Below are positions 1 to 11,352 of a DNA stretch of 64,000 nucleotides, piece by piece. A model generated the notes under the pieces. It searched no databases, was not told the DNA's origin, and saw only the letters and a list, made by a program, of their open reading frames with translations. The DNA comes from Acidimicrobiales bacterium. Its GTDB lineage: Bacteria > Actinomycetota > Acidimicrobiia > Acidimicrobiales > Bog-793. The position numbers and the translations under genes were made by a program. The stretch lies in the NCBI GenBank assembly GCA_049510975.1, contig JBEKYM010000008.1:22297-86296 (forward strand). The letters run 5' to 3'. Position 1 is the first letter of the stretch; each line of letters opens with the position of its first letter.

Positions 1-2914
1 CTACGGCAGCGGCGACCTCGGCGCCGGTCAGCACATCGCCCTCTACGAGCTCGAACCGTTCCTGACCTCGGACATCCGGACCTTCGACACTTGCTACTTC
101 GGCGCCTCGGCGGCGGCGAGCATGCTGAAACGACTGCACGTGATCAAGGTCGACGGCGGTCAGCCGGCCGGTCCGGGGAGCGGCGAGGCGAACCTCGACG
201 TCGAGGACCTCTCCGCCCTCGCGCCGGACGCCACGATCGACGTCTACGAAGGACCGAGCCCGGGCACCGACGGGACCGACTACGACCCGGTCGACAACTA
301 CGCGGCGATCGTCGACTCCGACAGCGACCAGATCGTGAGCTCGAGCTGGGGGTTGTGCGAGCAGGCCATCGAGCTCGGTCAACCGGGGTTGCAAGAGGCA
401 GAGAACCTGCTGTTCGAACAAGCTGCCGCTCAGGGGCAGTCCGTGTTCGGTGCGGCCGGCGACAACGGCTCGGACGACTGCAACACGTTCGAGACCTCGA
501 CGCCGGTCTCCGGCCAGAACCCGTTGTCGGTCGACGACCCGGGGAGCCAACCGTATGTCGTCTCGGTCGGCGGCACGACGATCGACGACGCCTCGCAGCC
601 GCCGCTCGAGCAGGTCTGGAACGACGGTGCCGACGGCGGCGGCGGTGGTGGGGGAATCTCGCAGTCGTGGACGATGCCTGCTTGGCAGCGGGAGGCGACG
701 GTTCCCGGGATCGCACTGCCGGGCAGCTCGGACTATGCGAATGCCGACCAGGTCGAGCAGAGCTTCGGCTACCCGCAGAACTTCTGCCAGTCGACCGTGT
801 CCGGGGCCACCGCCTCGACGCCGTGCCGCCTGGTGCCGGACGTCTCGGCGCAGGCCGACGAGTTCACGGGCGCCATCACGGTCTATGACGCGTCGGAGGG
901 CGGCTGGACCACCACGGGTGGAACCTCCTCGGCGACACCGATCTGGGCGGCGACGTTGGCGTTGGTCAACGCCTCGCCCACCTGCGCCTCCAAAGCGGCC
1001 ACGCGGTCCGGGGTGGGTTTCGCCAGCCCGCTGCTCTACGACGTGGCATCGAACCCGGCCGACTACGCGGCGTCGTTCAACGACATCACGGCGGGCAACA
1101 ACGACATCTACGGCCTCGACAACGGCCAGGTGTTCCCGGCGACGACCGGCTACGACCTGGCCTCGGGCCTGGGCTCGCCGCAGTTGACGGGTCCTGGCGG
1201 CAGCGCCGGGCTGGCCTACAACCTGTGCAGCCTCGCCGGCAGCCCGAGCCGGCCGGTTGTGTCGGCGATCAGCCCGGCTTCGGGCGGCATCGCCGGCGGG
1301 GAGCACGTTGCCATCACCGGGACTGGATTCGAGTCGGGCGGGACGTCGGACGTGGCAGCGATCGAGGTGGGCGGCGCCCAGCTCCCGCCGAGCCGGTTCA
1401 GCGTGCTGAGCGACACGTCGATCTCCGCCACCTTGCCGCCCGCTCGTGAGGCCCGCCCGCCGATCCCCCCGGCGCCGCAGGACGGGGCCGGGCCGGCAGA
1501 CGTGATCGTCACGCTCAGCGACGACGAGTCGAGCATGCCCGGGCCGCGTTCGACCTTCGAGTACGTGGACACGAGCGGCCGCCAGACCGTCCCGAGCGTC
1601 ACCGGCGTGATCCCGTACGGCGGGTCAGAGTCCGCCCCGGAACCAGTGACGATTCTCGGCTCCGGCTTCACGGCCGCCACCTCGGTCACGTTCGGGGGAG
1701 TCGCCGCCACTGCCTTCTCGGTTGACAGCCCGTATCGAATCACGGCCACGCCGCCGGCGTACTCGGCAGGACCCTCGTGCTCGCCGTTGCCGGACACCGG
1801 AGTATGGAAAGGCGAGAACGCCGCCAACGACATCTGTCAGGTGCAGGTCAGAGTCGCCAACGCCCATGGGGCGAGCGCCACCGGACGCATCCTCCCGCCG
1901 GCCGAAGGCACCGTGGTCGTCAACTCGCTCGGCGTGCTGGTCGCTCCGCCCGGATGCAAGTGCGAGACGGCGCAGGCGCCAACCGAATACGACTACCTCC
2001 CGGCGCCGTCGGTCACCTCCGTCTCGACCTCGTCGGGACCCGCCAGTCTCGCAAGCGAGAAGGGGAGCACGGTGATCACGGTGAACGGGTCGGGTTTCGA
2101 TCCGCTCACCATCGATTGGGCTGACTTCGGCACGCCGTCGCTCGAGTCCTCGATGGACACCGACTATGTCTTCCTCACCGGGACCGAGATGCAGATCGTG
2201 GCCCCGAGCGAGGCGCTGACAGTGGGGCGGCGGAGCGTCGCCTTCAGTGTCAAGACGCTGGCCGGCCAGTCCGCCCCCATCACCGTCACCTACGCCGGCA
2301 TCCCGAGGGTCACTGCGGTCGTCAACACCGCGAACAGCATCGAGCTGGACGGGACCTACGGCGCCCCGGACACGGGGGGTACCCCGATCCGAGTCAGCGG
2401 CGAGGGGTTCGCCGGCCAGCTGGTCGCCCCGATCCAGTTCACCGACAGCCAGTCCCCGTTCTCGCTCGGGACCCAGTACACCTTCACCGTCCGCAGCGAC
2501 ACCAGCTTGAGCACGGAGACCGTCGGCCAGAACCCGGCCCTCGTCGACGTGCAGGTGTGCACGGTGACCGCCTGCAGCGGGGACTCGACCGATGACCTGT
2601 TGTACCTCTATCCGCCCGGCAATCCGGACGTCACCTCGGTGGCACCGGGCTCAGGGCCGGCGGCCGGCGGGACGAAAGTCACGATCGGTGGCGACAACCT
2701 CGGCTGTGCGCTGGAGGTGTACTTCGGCAACGTGGAGGCCGAGTCGATCAAGCCCGTCAAGGCGCTGCTCGACTGCGGGTCGACCGCGACGCTGCACGCC
2801 GTCTCACCGCCGGGAACGGCGGGGGCCGACGTGCCCGTGACCGTCGGAACGATCGAGAGCTACTTCACCGGCTCCGGACGAGGCACCACGACCGCGAACT
2901 TCACCTACAACTGA
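1..2914 (+). CDS. S53 (sedolisin/kumamolisin-like) serine peptidase with C-terminal IPT/TIG repeats, 5'-truncated by window edge
   Basis: Frame is open from base 2 (YGSGDLGAGQHIALYELE...). S53 motifs GEANLDVE, SSSWG, AAGDNG, PDVSA, GGTSSATP and GYDLASGLGSP are present, followed by repeated P-x-V-x-x-(I/V)-x-P-x-x-G IPT/TIG-type units. Confidence 0.88.
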   Translation, partial: YGSGDLGAGQHIALYELEPFLTSDIRTFDTCYFGASAAASMLKRLHVIKVDGGQPAGPGSGEANLDVEDLSALAPDATIDVYEGPSPGTDGTDYDPVDNYAAIVDSDSDQIVSSSWGLCEQAIELGQPGLQEAENLLFEQAAAQGQSVFGAAGDNGSDDCNTFETSTPVSGQNPLSVDDPGSQPYVVSVGGTTIDDASQPPLEQVWNDGADGGGGGGGISQSWTMPAWQREATVPGIALPGSSDYANADQVEQSFGYPQNFCQSTVSGATASTPCRLVPDVSAQADEFTGAITVYDASEGGWTTTGGTSSATPIWAATLALVNASPTCASKAATRSGVGFASPLLYDVASNPADYAASFNDITAGNNDIYGLDNGQVFPATTGYDLASGLGSPQLTGPGGSAGLAYNLCSLAGSPSRPVVSAISPASGGIAGGEHVAITGTGFESGGTSDVAAIEVGGAQLPPSRFSVLSDTSISATLPPAREARPPIPPAPQDGAGPADVIVTLSDDESSMPGPRSTFEYVDTSGRQTVPSVTGVIPYGGSESAPEPVTILGSGFTAATSVTFGGVAATAFSVDSPYRITATPPAYSAGPSCSPLPDTGVWKGENAANDICQVQVRVANAHGASATGRILPPAEGTVVVNSLGVLVAPPGCKCETAQAPTEYDYLPAPSVTSVSTSSGPASLASEKGSTVITVNGSGFDPLTIDWADFGTPSLESSMDTDYVFLTGTEMQIVAPSEALTVGRRSVAFSVKTLAGQSAPITVTYAGIPRVTAVVNTANSIELDGTYGAPDTGGTPIRVSGEGFAGQLVAPIQFTDSQSPFSLGTQYTFTVRSDTSLSTETVGQNPALVDVQVCTVTACSGDSTDDLLYLYPPGNPDVTSVAPGSGPAAGGTKVTIGGDNLGCALEVYFGNVEAESIKPVKALLDCGSTATLHAVSPPGTAGADVPVTVGTIESYFTGSGRGTTTANFTYN

Positions 2915-2949
2915 TATCTCGGTCACGTGTGCCTGTGTAGTGTGCACGC

Positions 2950-3483
2950 GTGGCGGCAACACGAGGGCGCCGGATCATCACCGTGGCTTGCGTCGTGCTC
3001 GCCGGGGGCCTCGGTAGCGGGGCGTGCGGCCGAGCGCATCCATCTGGCGCCGCCGCCACGACCTCGACGACGGAGCCGTCGAGTGCAGTCGGACCTGCCG
3101 GCTCTACGCCATTGCGAGCACCGAAGACTTCAGTCGCGGAGGACGGCGAATTCTTGACCGAGGTGACCGAGGCCGACCCGGCCCTTGCCACCTATGAGCA
3201 ACAGCAAGGGAACGTCGCTCTTCGCGCGCTGTTGACCGACGGATCGGTCTTCTGCGCCTTCCTCCAACGCGGTGGAGGCATCGACAACGCCTTGGTTTCC
3301 GTGGCAGTCGGAGCGAGAAGCACCGAGTCGCAGACACGCCTTCCGCTGTCGGTGACGACCTTCAATACGGTGGAGGCAGTAGCGCTCCTGACCCTGTGCC
3401 CCTCATATCAGGTGCTGTTACCTGCTCCGGATCGGTCCAAGATTCGCGCCCTCGGCGACACTCTGGCCAAGCGGCACGGCTGA
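2950..3483 (+). CDS. Putative lipoprotein/secreted protein, possibly DUF732-like
   Basis: Basic N-terminus, hydrophobic stretch ending GSGAC, Thr/Ser linker, then a small helical domain with two Cys (FCAFL...LCPS). Confidence 0.6.
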   Translation: MAATRGRRIITVACVVLAGGLGSGACGRAHPSGAAATTSTTEPSSAVGPAGSTPLRAPKTSVAEDGEFLTEVTEADPALATYEQQQGNVALRALLTDGSVFCAFLQRGGGIDNALVSVAVGARSTESQTRLPLSVTTFNTVEAVALLTLCPSYQVLLPAPDRSKIRALGDTLAKRHG

Positions 3484-3552
3484 CGGAACTCAAGCCCTGC
3501 AGGGCGTCGGGGACAGTTCGCGTCGAGGCGCCGAGCACCCGGGCGGTGGCCG

Positions 3553-3615
3553 CTTCAGCTTGCGGTTACCGAGCGTTCATCCTGCTTCCGAGTGTTCATG
3601 ATCTCGTTACCCAAA
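3553..3615 (+). promoter_or_regulatory. PHO-box-like 11-bp-period direct repeats upstream of the phosphoesterase
   Basis: CTTCAGCTTGC/GGTTACCGAGC/GTTCATCCTGC at 3553, 3564 and 3575, and GTTCATGATCT/CGTTACCCAAA at 3594 and 3605. They resemble the Streptomyces PhoP repeat unit G(G/T)TCAYYYR(G/C)G. Confidence 0.4.
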
Positions 3616-3667
3616 GTCTGTTTTCGCTCAACCTGCCGGCTGTTTGGTGCGTGTAGACACTCTTCTC

Positions 3668-6622
3668 ATGCGAATCTCAGATATTCCTCGGCGTCTGGGT
3701 CTCCGAGCGGCTGCCGCGGTTGCCCTCGGAATGGCCACTCTGGCAGGTCTCACGGTGTCCGGCGCGCTCGGTACGACGTCGTCGTTCGCCGCCTCGACCA
3801 CGTGTCCCGCTGGAAGCAGCCTGCAAATTCCGACAGGTGGGTCCGACGGCGAAGCACAGTGCGTCATCACTTCGACCGGCACCCCGGTCGGCGCGATCAA
3901 GCACGTTTGGTTGATCATCCTCGAGAACAAGTCCTACGACGAGACGTTCAGCGGCCTCAACCAGAACAGCTATCTGTGGCAGACACTCCCCAAGCAGGGC
4001 GCCCTGCTGACGAATTACTACGGCACCGGCCACTTCAGCATGGACAACTACATCTCGCTGGTATCCGGTCAGGCTCCTTCGTACGGCGTGCAGGACGACT
4101 GCTCGACGGTAGCGAGCATGACCAACAACAACAGCGGGATCATCACCACTGGCACCGTCGGCACGGTCACAGATACCGATCACACGACCGACAACAACGG
4201 CACCAACACCAACCCGCCCGATCCGACTGGCCCCGGCAACGGAAACTACGGACAACTCCTCGTTCATGGTGGCGTCGACGCCACCCTCGGCAACAACGGC
4301 TGCGTCTATCCCACCGACGTCGCCACGCTCTTCAACCAGTACAACGCTGCAGGCGTTTCGTGGAAGGCCTACGCCCAGGACCTCGGCGGCGCCCAGCCGG
4401 TCGGGGCGACGAGCTATGTCACGGGTTCCACGCCGGGGGTCACCGACACGGTTCCCGGTCGTGACGACGGGGCGTGTGGCTACCCCGGCCCTGCCAACAG
4501 CGATCCGGTCACCAACCCGACGAACCTCGTGGCCCCGAGCGGCGATGTGACGAGCTACACGGGCGCGCAGCCTGCCAACGCCGGTGGGAACGGCGACCCG
4601 GCTGACCAGTACGTCGCCAAGCACTTCCCCACGGGCTGGTTCACCTCGCTGACCGGCGAGTCGGCCGGCCCGCAAAACGATGTTGCTTACGCCCAGCAGC
4701 CGGCTCTCAACGAGCCGACCACGCCGGAATACGACGGACCCGGGGCTCCGACGAACGGAGCAACCGACACCAACTGTGACGCCAACCACGTCGCCAACTT
4801 GGACGACCCAACCTACGGCCTCGCGCACGACCTCTCCCTCCCCGCCAACGAGGTCCCGGCGTTCAACTGGATCACCCCGGACAACTGCAGCGATGCCCAC
4901 GACGCAACCTGCCAGGGCAACAACCTCTCCGGGGCCTTCGACGCCAACGGCACGCCGAACTACACGCCGACCGGCCTGGCTGCTTACGATCCCGAGGCCA
5001 CGACGCCGCTCAACTACACCGGAGGGTTGTACGCGGCGGACCTGTTCCTTCGCTACTACATCCCGCTGATCGAGCAGTCTGCCGCATTTGCCGCCGGGGG
5101 CCTCATCGACATCACCTTTGACGAGGCCAACCCTCCATTCACGATCGGCAACAGTTTCAACAACGTGCCGGCGCCTGGAGACACCTCCACGTACTTCGCT
5201 CCCGCGGACCAGCCGAGCTACGGATCTGCCGGGACCACAGCACCGGGCGCCAACTCCCAGTACGGCGCCTACGGGGTGCTCACCGACGCCGCCGGCGAGA
5301 ACCTCGACGGCCACAATGTGAGCACGGAGCCGACCGGACCGAACGATCCCGAGGTGACGAACAGCTCAGGCGTCCAGCTGCAGCCCGGGCCGGGCGCATC
5401 CGGCTTCATCGACCGTCCCACAGGCCTTGCCGGCGAGAGTCCGTATCTGAGCGGTTCTCCCGGCATGACGACGGAGCCGGCCCTCGTCGCTCCGGGCTCG
5501 AGCATGGTCACCGACGCCAAGATCAATGCCGACGACACCGGCCGCCTCGTGTCGGGCACGGACGCCTTCGGCAACACGATTCCGCCTGACACCTTTGTCG
5601 GAGCGGTCAGTGACACCGGTCCGCTCTCTCTGGCGGCCAATGCGAGCACGACCACAGCTTCCAACAACTACGCCAAGCCATGGACCGGCACCTACCAGCT
5701 CCTCAATGACAGCGGACAGCCAGTCACGTTGCCCAATGGGTTCGATGGGAACGTCACGCTCGGCGCTGAAGGAGCGACGTCGACTGTCGGTACGGCGACC
5801 TGTCCGAGCGGGAGCGAGGCAGCCACGACGAGCGGCTGTGTCACTGTTGATCCGCTGTACGACCCCACCGACTTCACACCCGGAGGCGGCGACACCGGGA
5901 CGGTCCTGATCAGCCCGCTCATCAAGCCGGGCACCGTGTCGAGCACCTACTACAACCACTACAGCACGTTGCGCACCATGGAAGACCTGCTCTTGATCGG
6001 GCAGTCCTGCAGCGAGCCCTCCAACGCCGACACGCCGTTGGTTGCCGGTACGGTCTGCGGGGGCCTCGACGGCGAGGGCCACCTCGGCTACGCCGCCCAA
6101 GCGGGCCTCGCCGACTTCGGACCAGACGTGTTCACTGCACAATCCTTCACGGTTGCTCCGACGCCTCCGGGCTATCACGCCGTCAGCGGAAGCGGCTCGA
6201 GCACGTTGTACTGCCCGGACAACACAAGGCTCGGTTACGGGGGTCGCAGCGGCAGGCCTGGTGGCGGCGGCTTCGGCGGCAGCAGCGGCACGGGTGGGAT
6301 GGCCGGTTGCGGCAGCAACGGCGGAGCCGGCGGCAACGGCGGTAGCGGGGCGACTGCGACCGGCAGCGGCGGCAACGGCGGAAACGGTGGGAACGGCGCC
6401 TGCACGCCACAGGAGTGGATCGGCGGAATCTGGATGACAGCGACAGGCACGGAGACGTCGCCGTACGACACGCCACCGTGCGCCGGCGAGGGCGGCAACG
6501 GCGGCCGGGGCGGTAACGGCGGCCGGGGTGTCGGTTCGAACCCAGGCGGCAACGGAGGAAACGGTGGGAACGGCTCCCCCGGAGTGGTCGGCCAGCGAGG
6601 CGCGAACGGTGGCAACGGTTAG
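3668..6622 (+). CDS. Secreted phosphoesterase (phospholipase C/acid phosphatase family) with Gly-rich PGRS-like C-terminal tail
   Basis: Signal peptide; family motifs IKHVWLIILENKSYD, SWKAYAQD, YVAKHFP, WITPDNCSDAHD, ITFDE and YNHYSTLRTMED; tail of GGNGG repeats. Confidence 0.8.
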   Translation: MRISDIPRRLGLRAAAAVALGMATLAGLTVSGALGTTSSFAASTTCPAGSSLQIPTGGSDGEAQCVITSTGTPVGAIKHVWLIILENKSYDETFSGLNQNSYLWQTLPKQGALLTNYYGTGHFSMDNYISLVSGQAPSYGVQDDCSTVASMTNNNSGIITTGTVGTVTDTDHTTDNNGTNTNPPDPTGPGNGNYGQLLVHGGVDATLGNNGCVYPTDVATLFNQYNAAGVSWKAYAQDLGGAQPVGATSYVTGSTPGVTDTVPGRDDGACGYPGPANSDPVTNPTNLVAPSGDVTSYTGAQPANAGGNGDPADQYVAKHFPTGWFTSLTGESAGPQNDVAYAQQPALNEPTTPEYDGPGAPTNGATDTNCDANHVANLDDPTYGLAHDLSLPANEVPAFNWITPDNCSDAHDATCQGNNLSGAFDANGTPNYTPTGLAAYDPEATTPLNYTGGLYAADLFLRYYIPLIEQSAAFAAGGLIDITFDEANPPFTIGNSFNNVPAPGDTSTYFAPADQPSYGSAGTTAPGANSQYGAYGVLTDAAGENLDGHNVSTEPTGPNDPEVTNSSGVQLQPGPGASGFIDRPTGLAGESPYLSGSPGMTTEPALVAPGSSMVTDAKINADDTGRLVSGTDAFGNTIPPDTFVGAVSDTGPLSLAANASTTTASNNYAKPWTGTYQLLNDSGQPVTLPNGFDGNVTLGAEGATSTVGTATCPSGSEAATTSGCVTVDPLYDPTDFTPGGGDTGTVLISPLIKPGTVSSTYYNHYSTLRTMEDLLLIGQSCSEPSNADTPLVAGTVCGGLDGEGHLGYAAQAGLADFGPDVFTAQSFTVAPTPPGYHAVSGSGSSTLYCPDNTRLGYGGRSGRPGGGGFGGSSGTGGMAGCGSNGGAGGNGGSGATATGSGGNGGNGGNGACTPQEWIGGIWMTATGTETSPYDTPPCAGEGGNGGRGGNGGRGVGSNPGGNGGNGGNGSPGVVGQRGANGGNG

Positions 6623-6682
6623 AGCGCTGCTCCCGGTGAGAGCGACAGTCACTCACCGGTGTGCCACATCGTGACCGGGGCA

Positions 6683-7240
6683 ATGCGGAAGTGGGGTCGG
6701 GCCTGCGTGCCCGGCCCCAGCGCCGCGGTCGCCGCCCTACTGCTCGCCATCTTGCTCGCTGGTTGCAGTGGCGGGTCCAGGTACCCGGCCTTCCTTCCGA
6801 GACAGACGCTGCATCCCGACGTCGACTCGGCCCTGATCGGCACGTTCGCCAAGCCGGCGCTCCAGATCGAAGGACTGCCCGTCGAGGTGAGGACCAAGAC
6901 GTTCGACGTCTGGATCACCGTGAGCGGGCCGGTCGTCCCCGGCGAGGGTCTGCCCGACCAGCCCCAAGCCACGACTTGCACCTGGACGGTGACGATGAAG
7001 GACGCCAGCGCGGATGTACCCGTCTCCGTCGCCGATTTCCATTCCGTCGACCACCTCGGTGCCGTGTTCCTGATGGGCCTCGTCCCGGGCGAGCACGCCC
7101 CCCCGCCTGTGCTGCACCGCGGGCAGACCCTGACGTTCAGGCTTCGGGCCTACGAGCTCGTCGGTGAGGGCATGATGCAATGGGCGCCCGACCACCGCCA
7201 TGTCGTCGCCTTCTGGGACTACACGGTCGAGAACGACTGA
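6683..7240 (+). CDS. Putative lipoprotein
   Basis: Hydrophobic signal ending in lipobox LAGC; beta-rich domain; normal high-GC3 codon usage. Confidence 0.6.
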   Translation: MRKWGRACVPGPSAAVAALLLAILLAGCSGGSRYPAFLPRQTLHPDVDSALIGTFAKPALQIEGLPVEVRTKTFDVWITVSGPVVPGEGLPDQPQATTCTWTVTMKDASADVPVSVADFHSVDHLGAVFLMGLVPGEHAPPPVLHRGQTLTFRLRAYELVGEGMMQWAPDHRHVVAFWDYTVEND

Positions 7241-7270
7241 TCCCCGAGCCGAGACGCTCGGAGGTCCCCG

Positions 7271-9664
<2,394 letters not shown>

Positions 9665-10021
9665 TCATGGGTCCTGAATGAGCCCGAGGACGTTGCCATC
9701 GGGGTCGGTGAAGGTGGCCACCAGGCGACCGCTGCCGACGTCGTGCGCAGCCTCCTTCACAGAGGCACCCGCCGCGGTCACCTCGGCCAGCTTCGCCTCG
9801 ATGTCCGACACGTGCCAGAAGGCAACCGGTGACGTCATGGCCTGCGGTCCACCGCCCGGTACGAGTCCGATGTGCTGGCCTTCGGCATCGAAACCCACGT
9901 AGTACGGCGCGTCGGCCTGTGGGGGTACGCCGAGCAGGGCGGTGTACACCGCCTTGGCAGCCGCCAGGTCAGACACGGGATGCAGCACCGTCTTGATTCC
10001 CTGGGTGGAAGAGCCGCTCAT
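9665..10021 (-). CDS. VOC/glyoxalase/bleomycin-resistance family protein
   Basis: PVSDLAAAKAVY...DVGSGRLVATFTDPDGNVLGL; GGAG RBS; directly abuts uvrA2. Confidence 0.85.
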   Translation of the reverse strand: MSGSSTQGIKTVLHPVSDLAAAKAVYTALLGVPPQADAPYYVGFDAEGQHIGLVPGGGPQAMTSPVAFWHVSDIEAKLAEVTAAGASVKEAAHDVGSGRLVATFTDPDGNVLGLIQDP

Positions 10022-10040
10022 AGTCACTCCTAAGGTCGCG

Positions 10041-10067
10041 GGTCACATCGACCCGGCATGTCTCGTC
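10041..10067 (+). promoter_or_regulatory. ECF41-type promoter (autoregulatory, toward the sigma gene)
   Basis: GGTCACA(10041-10047)-N16-CGTC(10064-10067); ECF41 consensus is TGTCACA-N16-CGTC. Confidence 0.7.
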
Positions 10068-10075
10068 AACAGTAT

Positions 10076-10102
10076 GACGACGGCGGGCGAAAGGATGTGA
10101 CC
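10076..10102 (-). promoter_or_regulatory. ECF41-type promoter driving VOC-uvrA2
   Basis: Minus strand GGTCACA(10102-10096)-N16-CGTC(10079-10076). Confidence 0.7.
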
Positions 10103-10963
10103 GTGACCGACCGTGACGTGCTCGCGAAGGAATTCGAAACGCACCGGGAGCACCTGCGGGCAGTCGCGCTCCGAATGCTCGGATCGACCAACCGGGCCGA
10201 CGACGCCGTCCAGGAGGCGTGGCTGCGGTTGAACCGCGCCGACGCTGATGCCCTGGACAACCTCGGCGGTTGGCTGACCACCGTCGTAGCCCGGGTCTGC
10301 CTGGACATGCTGCGCAACCCGGCCACGAAGCGAGAGGTCCCGGCCGAGGCGGCCCCCGACCCGCTGGCCCTGACCTCCCCGGAAGACGAGGCCCTGCTCG
10401 CCGACTCGGTCGGTCTGGCGCTCCTCGTGGTACTGGAGACCCTGGCGCCGGCCGAGCGGCTGGCTTTCGTCCTGCACGACATGTTCGCAGTCCCGTTCGA
10501 GGAGATCGCCCCGATCGTCGGGCGGACACCGTCAGCCGCCAGGCAGCTGGCCAGCAGGGCGCGGCGGCGCGTGCAATCGAACGCGGCCGTCCCCGACGCC
10601 TCCGCCGCCAGCCAGCGCGACGTCGTGGCGGCGTTCCTCGCCGCCTCGCGCCAGGGTGACTTCGCCAGTCTGCTGAGGCTGCTGGACCCGAAGGTGGTGC
10701 TGCGTGCCGACCCGACTGTGGTGGGTTTCGGGGCGGCGGCCGAAGTGCGCGGGCCCGACGGGGTGGCGAAGACGTTTGCCGGCCGAGCCCAAGGCGCCAG
10801 GCTCACGCTGATCGACGGCCTGGCGGGAGCGGTGTGGTCGGTCGGCGGCCGGCCCCGAGTGGTGTTCGCCTTCACGGTGAGCGGCGGCCGGGTGGTCAGC
10901 ATCGAGATGCTCGGAGAGCCCGAGACCCTGGTCGTTCTCGATCTGGCGCCGCTGCCGGCCTAA
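10103..10963 (+). CDS. ECF41/SigJ-like sigma-70 factor with C-terminal SnoaL-like domain
   Basis: ADDAVQEAWLRL, GWLTTVVARVCLDMLR and AERLAFVLHDMF, followed by VVAAFLAASRQGDF...LLDPKVVLRAD. AAAGGA RBS lies 7 nt before GTG 10103. Confidence 0.88.
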   Translation: MTDRDVLAKEFETHREHLRAVALRMLGSTNRADDAVQEAWLRLNRADADALDNLGGWLTTVVARVCLDMLRNPATKREVPAEAAPDPLALTSPEDEALLADSVGLALLVVLETLAPAERLAFVLHDMFAVPFEEIAPIVGRTPSAARQLASRARRRVQSNAAVPDASAASQRDVVAAFLAASRQGDFASLLRLLDPKVVLRADPTVVGFGAAAEVRGPDGVAKTFAGRAQGARLTLIDGLAGAVWSVGGRPRVVFAFTVSGGRVVSIEMLGEPETLVVLDLAPLPA

Positions 10964-11313
10964 CTGTCGGAGCGCCCCCGGAGGGTGGCGGCAACGCCCT
11001 CGGGGTCGTCGCAACCCACGATCAGCTGGTCGAATTCGGCAGCCTCGAGATCCAGGCGGACCCCGCGTCGCGTGTCGTGGTGCACGACGGCGAAGATGTG
11101 GGCGTCTCGCGAGGTGAACGTGCCGATGGCGACCGATCCGGGGATTCCGGTCCCGACACGGAAGCCGTGCACGGCGGCGGCGGCGTCGTCGAGCACCTCG
11201 ACGGATCGGACGGAGCTGAGCGGCACCCTCACCTCGCCGTGAACGGCCTCCAGCTTCTCTACTGCCCGCAGGCGAACCACCAACTCGTTCCCGTCAACGA
11301 TGACTTCGGCCAT
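10960..11313 (-). CDS. Conserved hypothetical protein (PH-like fold)
   Basis: 117 aa; VRVPLSSVRSV...GFRVGTGIPG...GTF pattern typical of actinobacterial PH-like proteins; GAAGGA RBS. Confidence 0.65.
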   Translation of the reverse strand: MAEVIVDGNELVVRLRAVEKLEAVHGEVRVPLSSVRSVEVLDDAAAAVHGFRVGTGIPGSVAIGTFTSRDAHIFAVVHHDTRRGVRLDLEAAEFDQLIVGCDDPEGVAATLRGRSDS

Positions 11314-11352
11314 AGTGTCCTTCCGCGTCTCGGTCTCGACGACTTCCTGATC

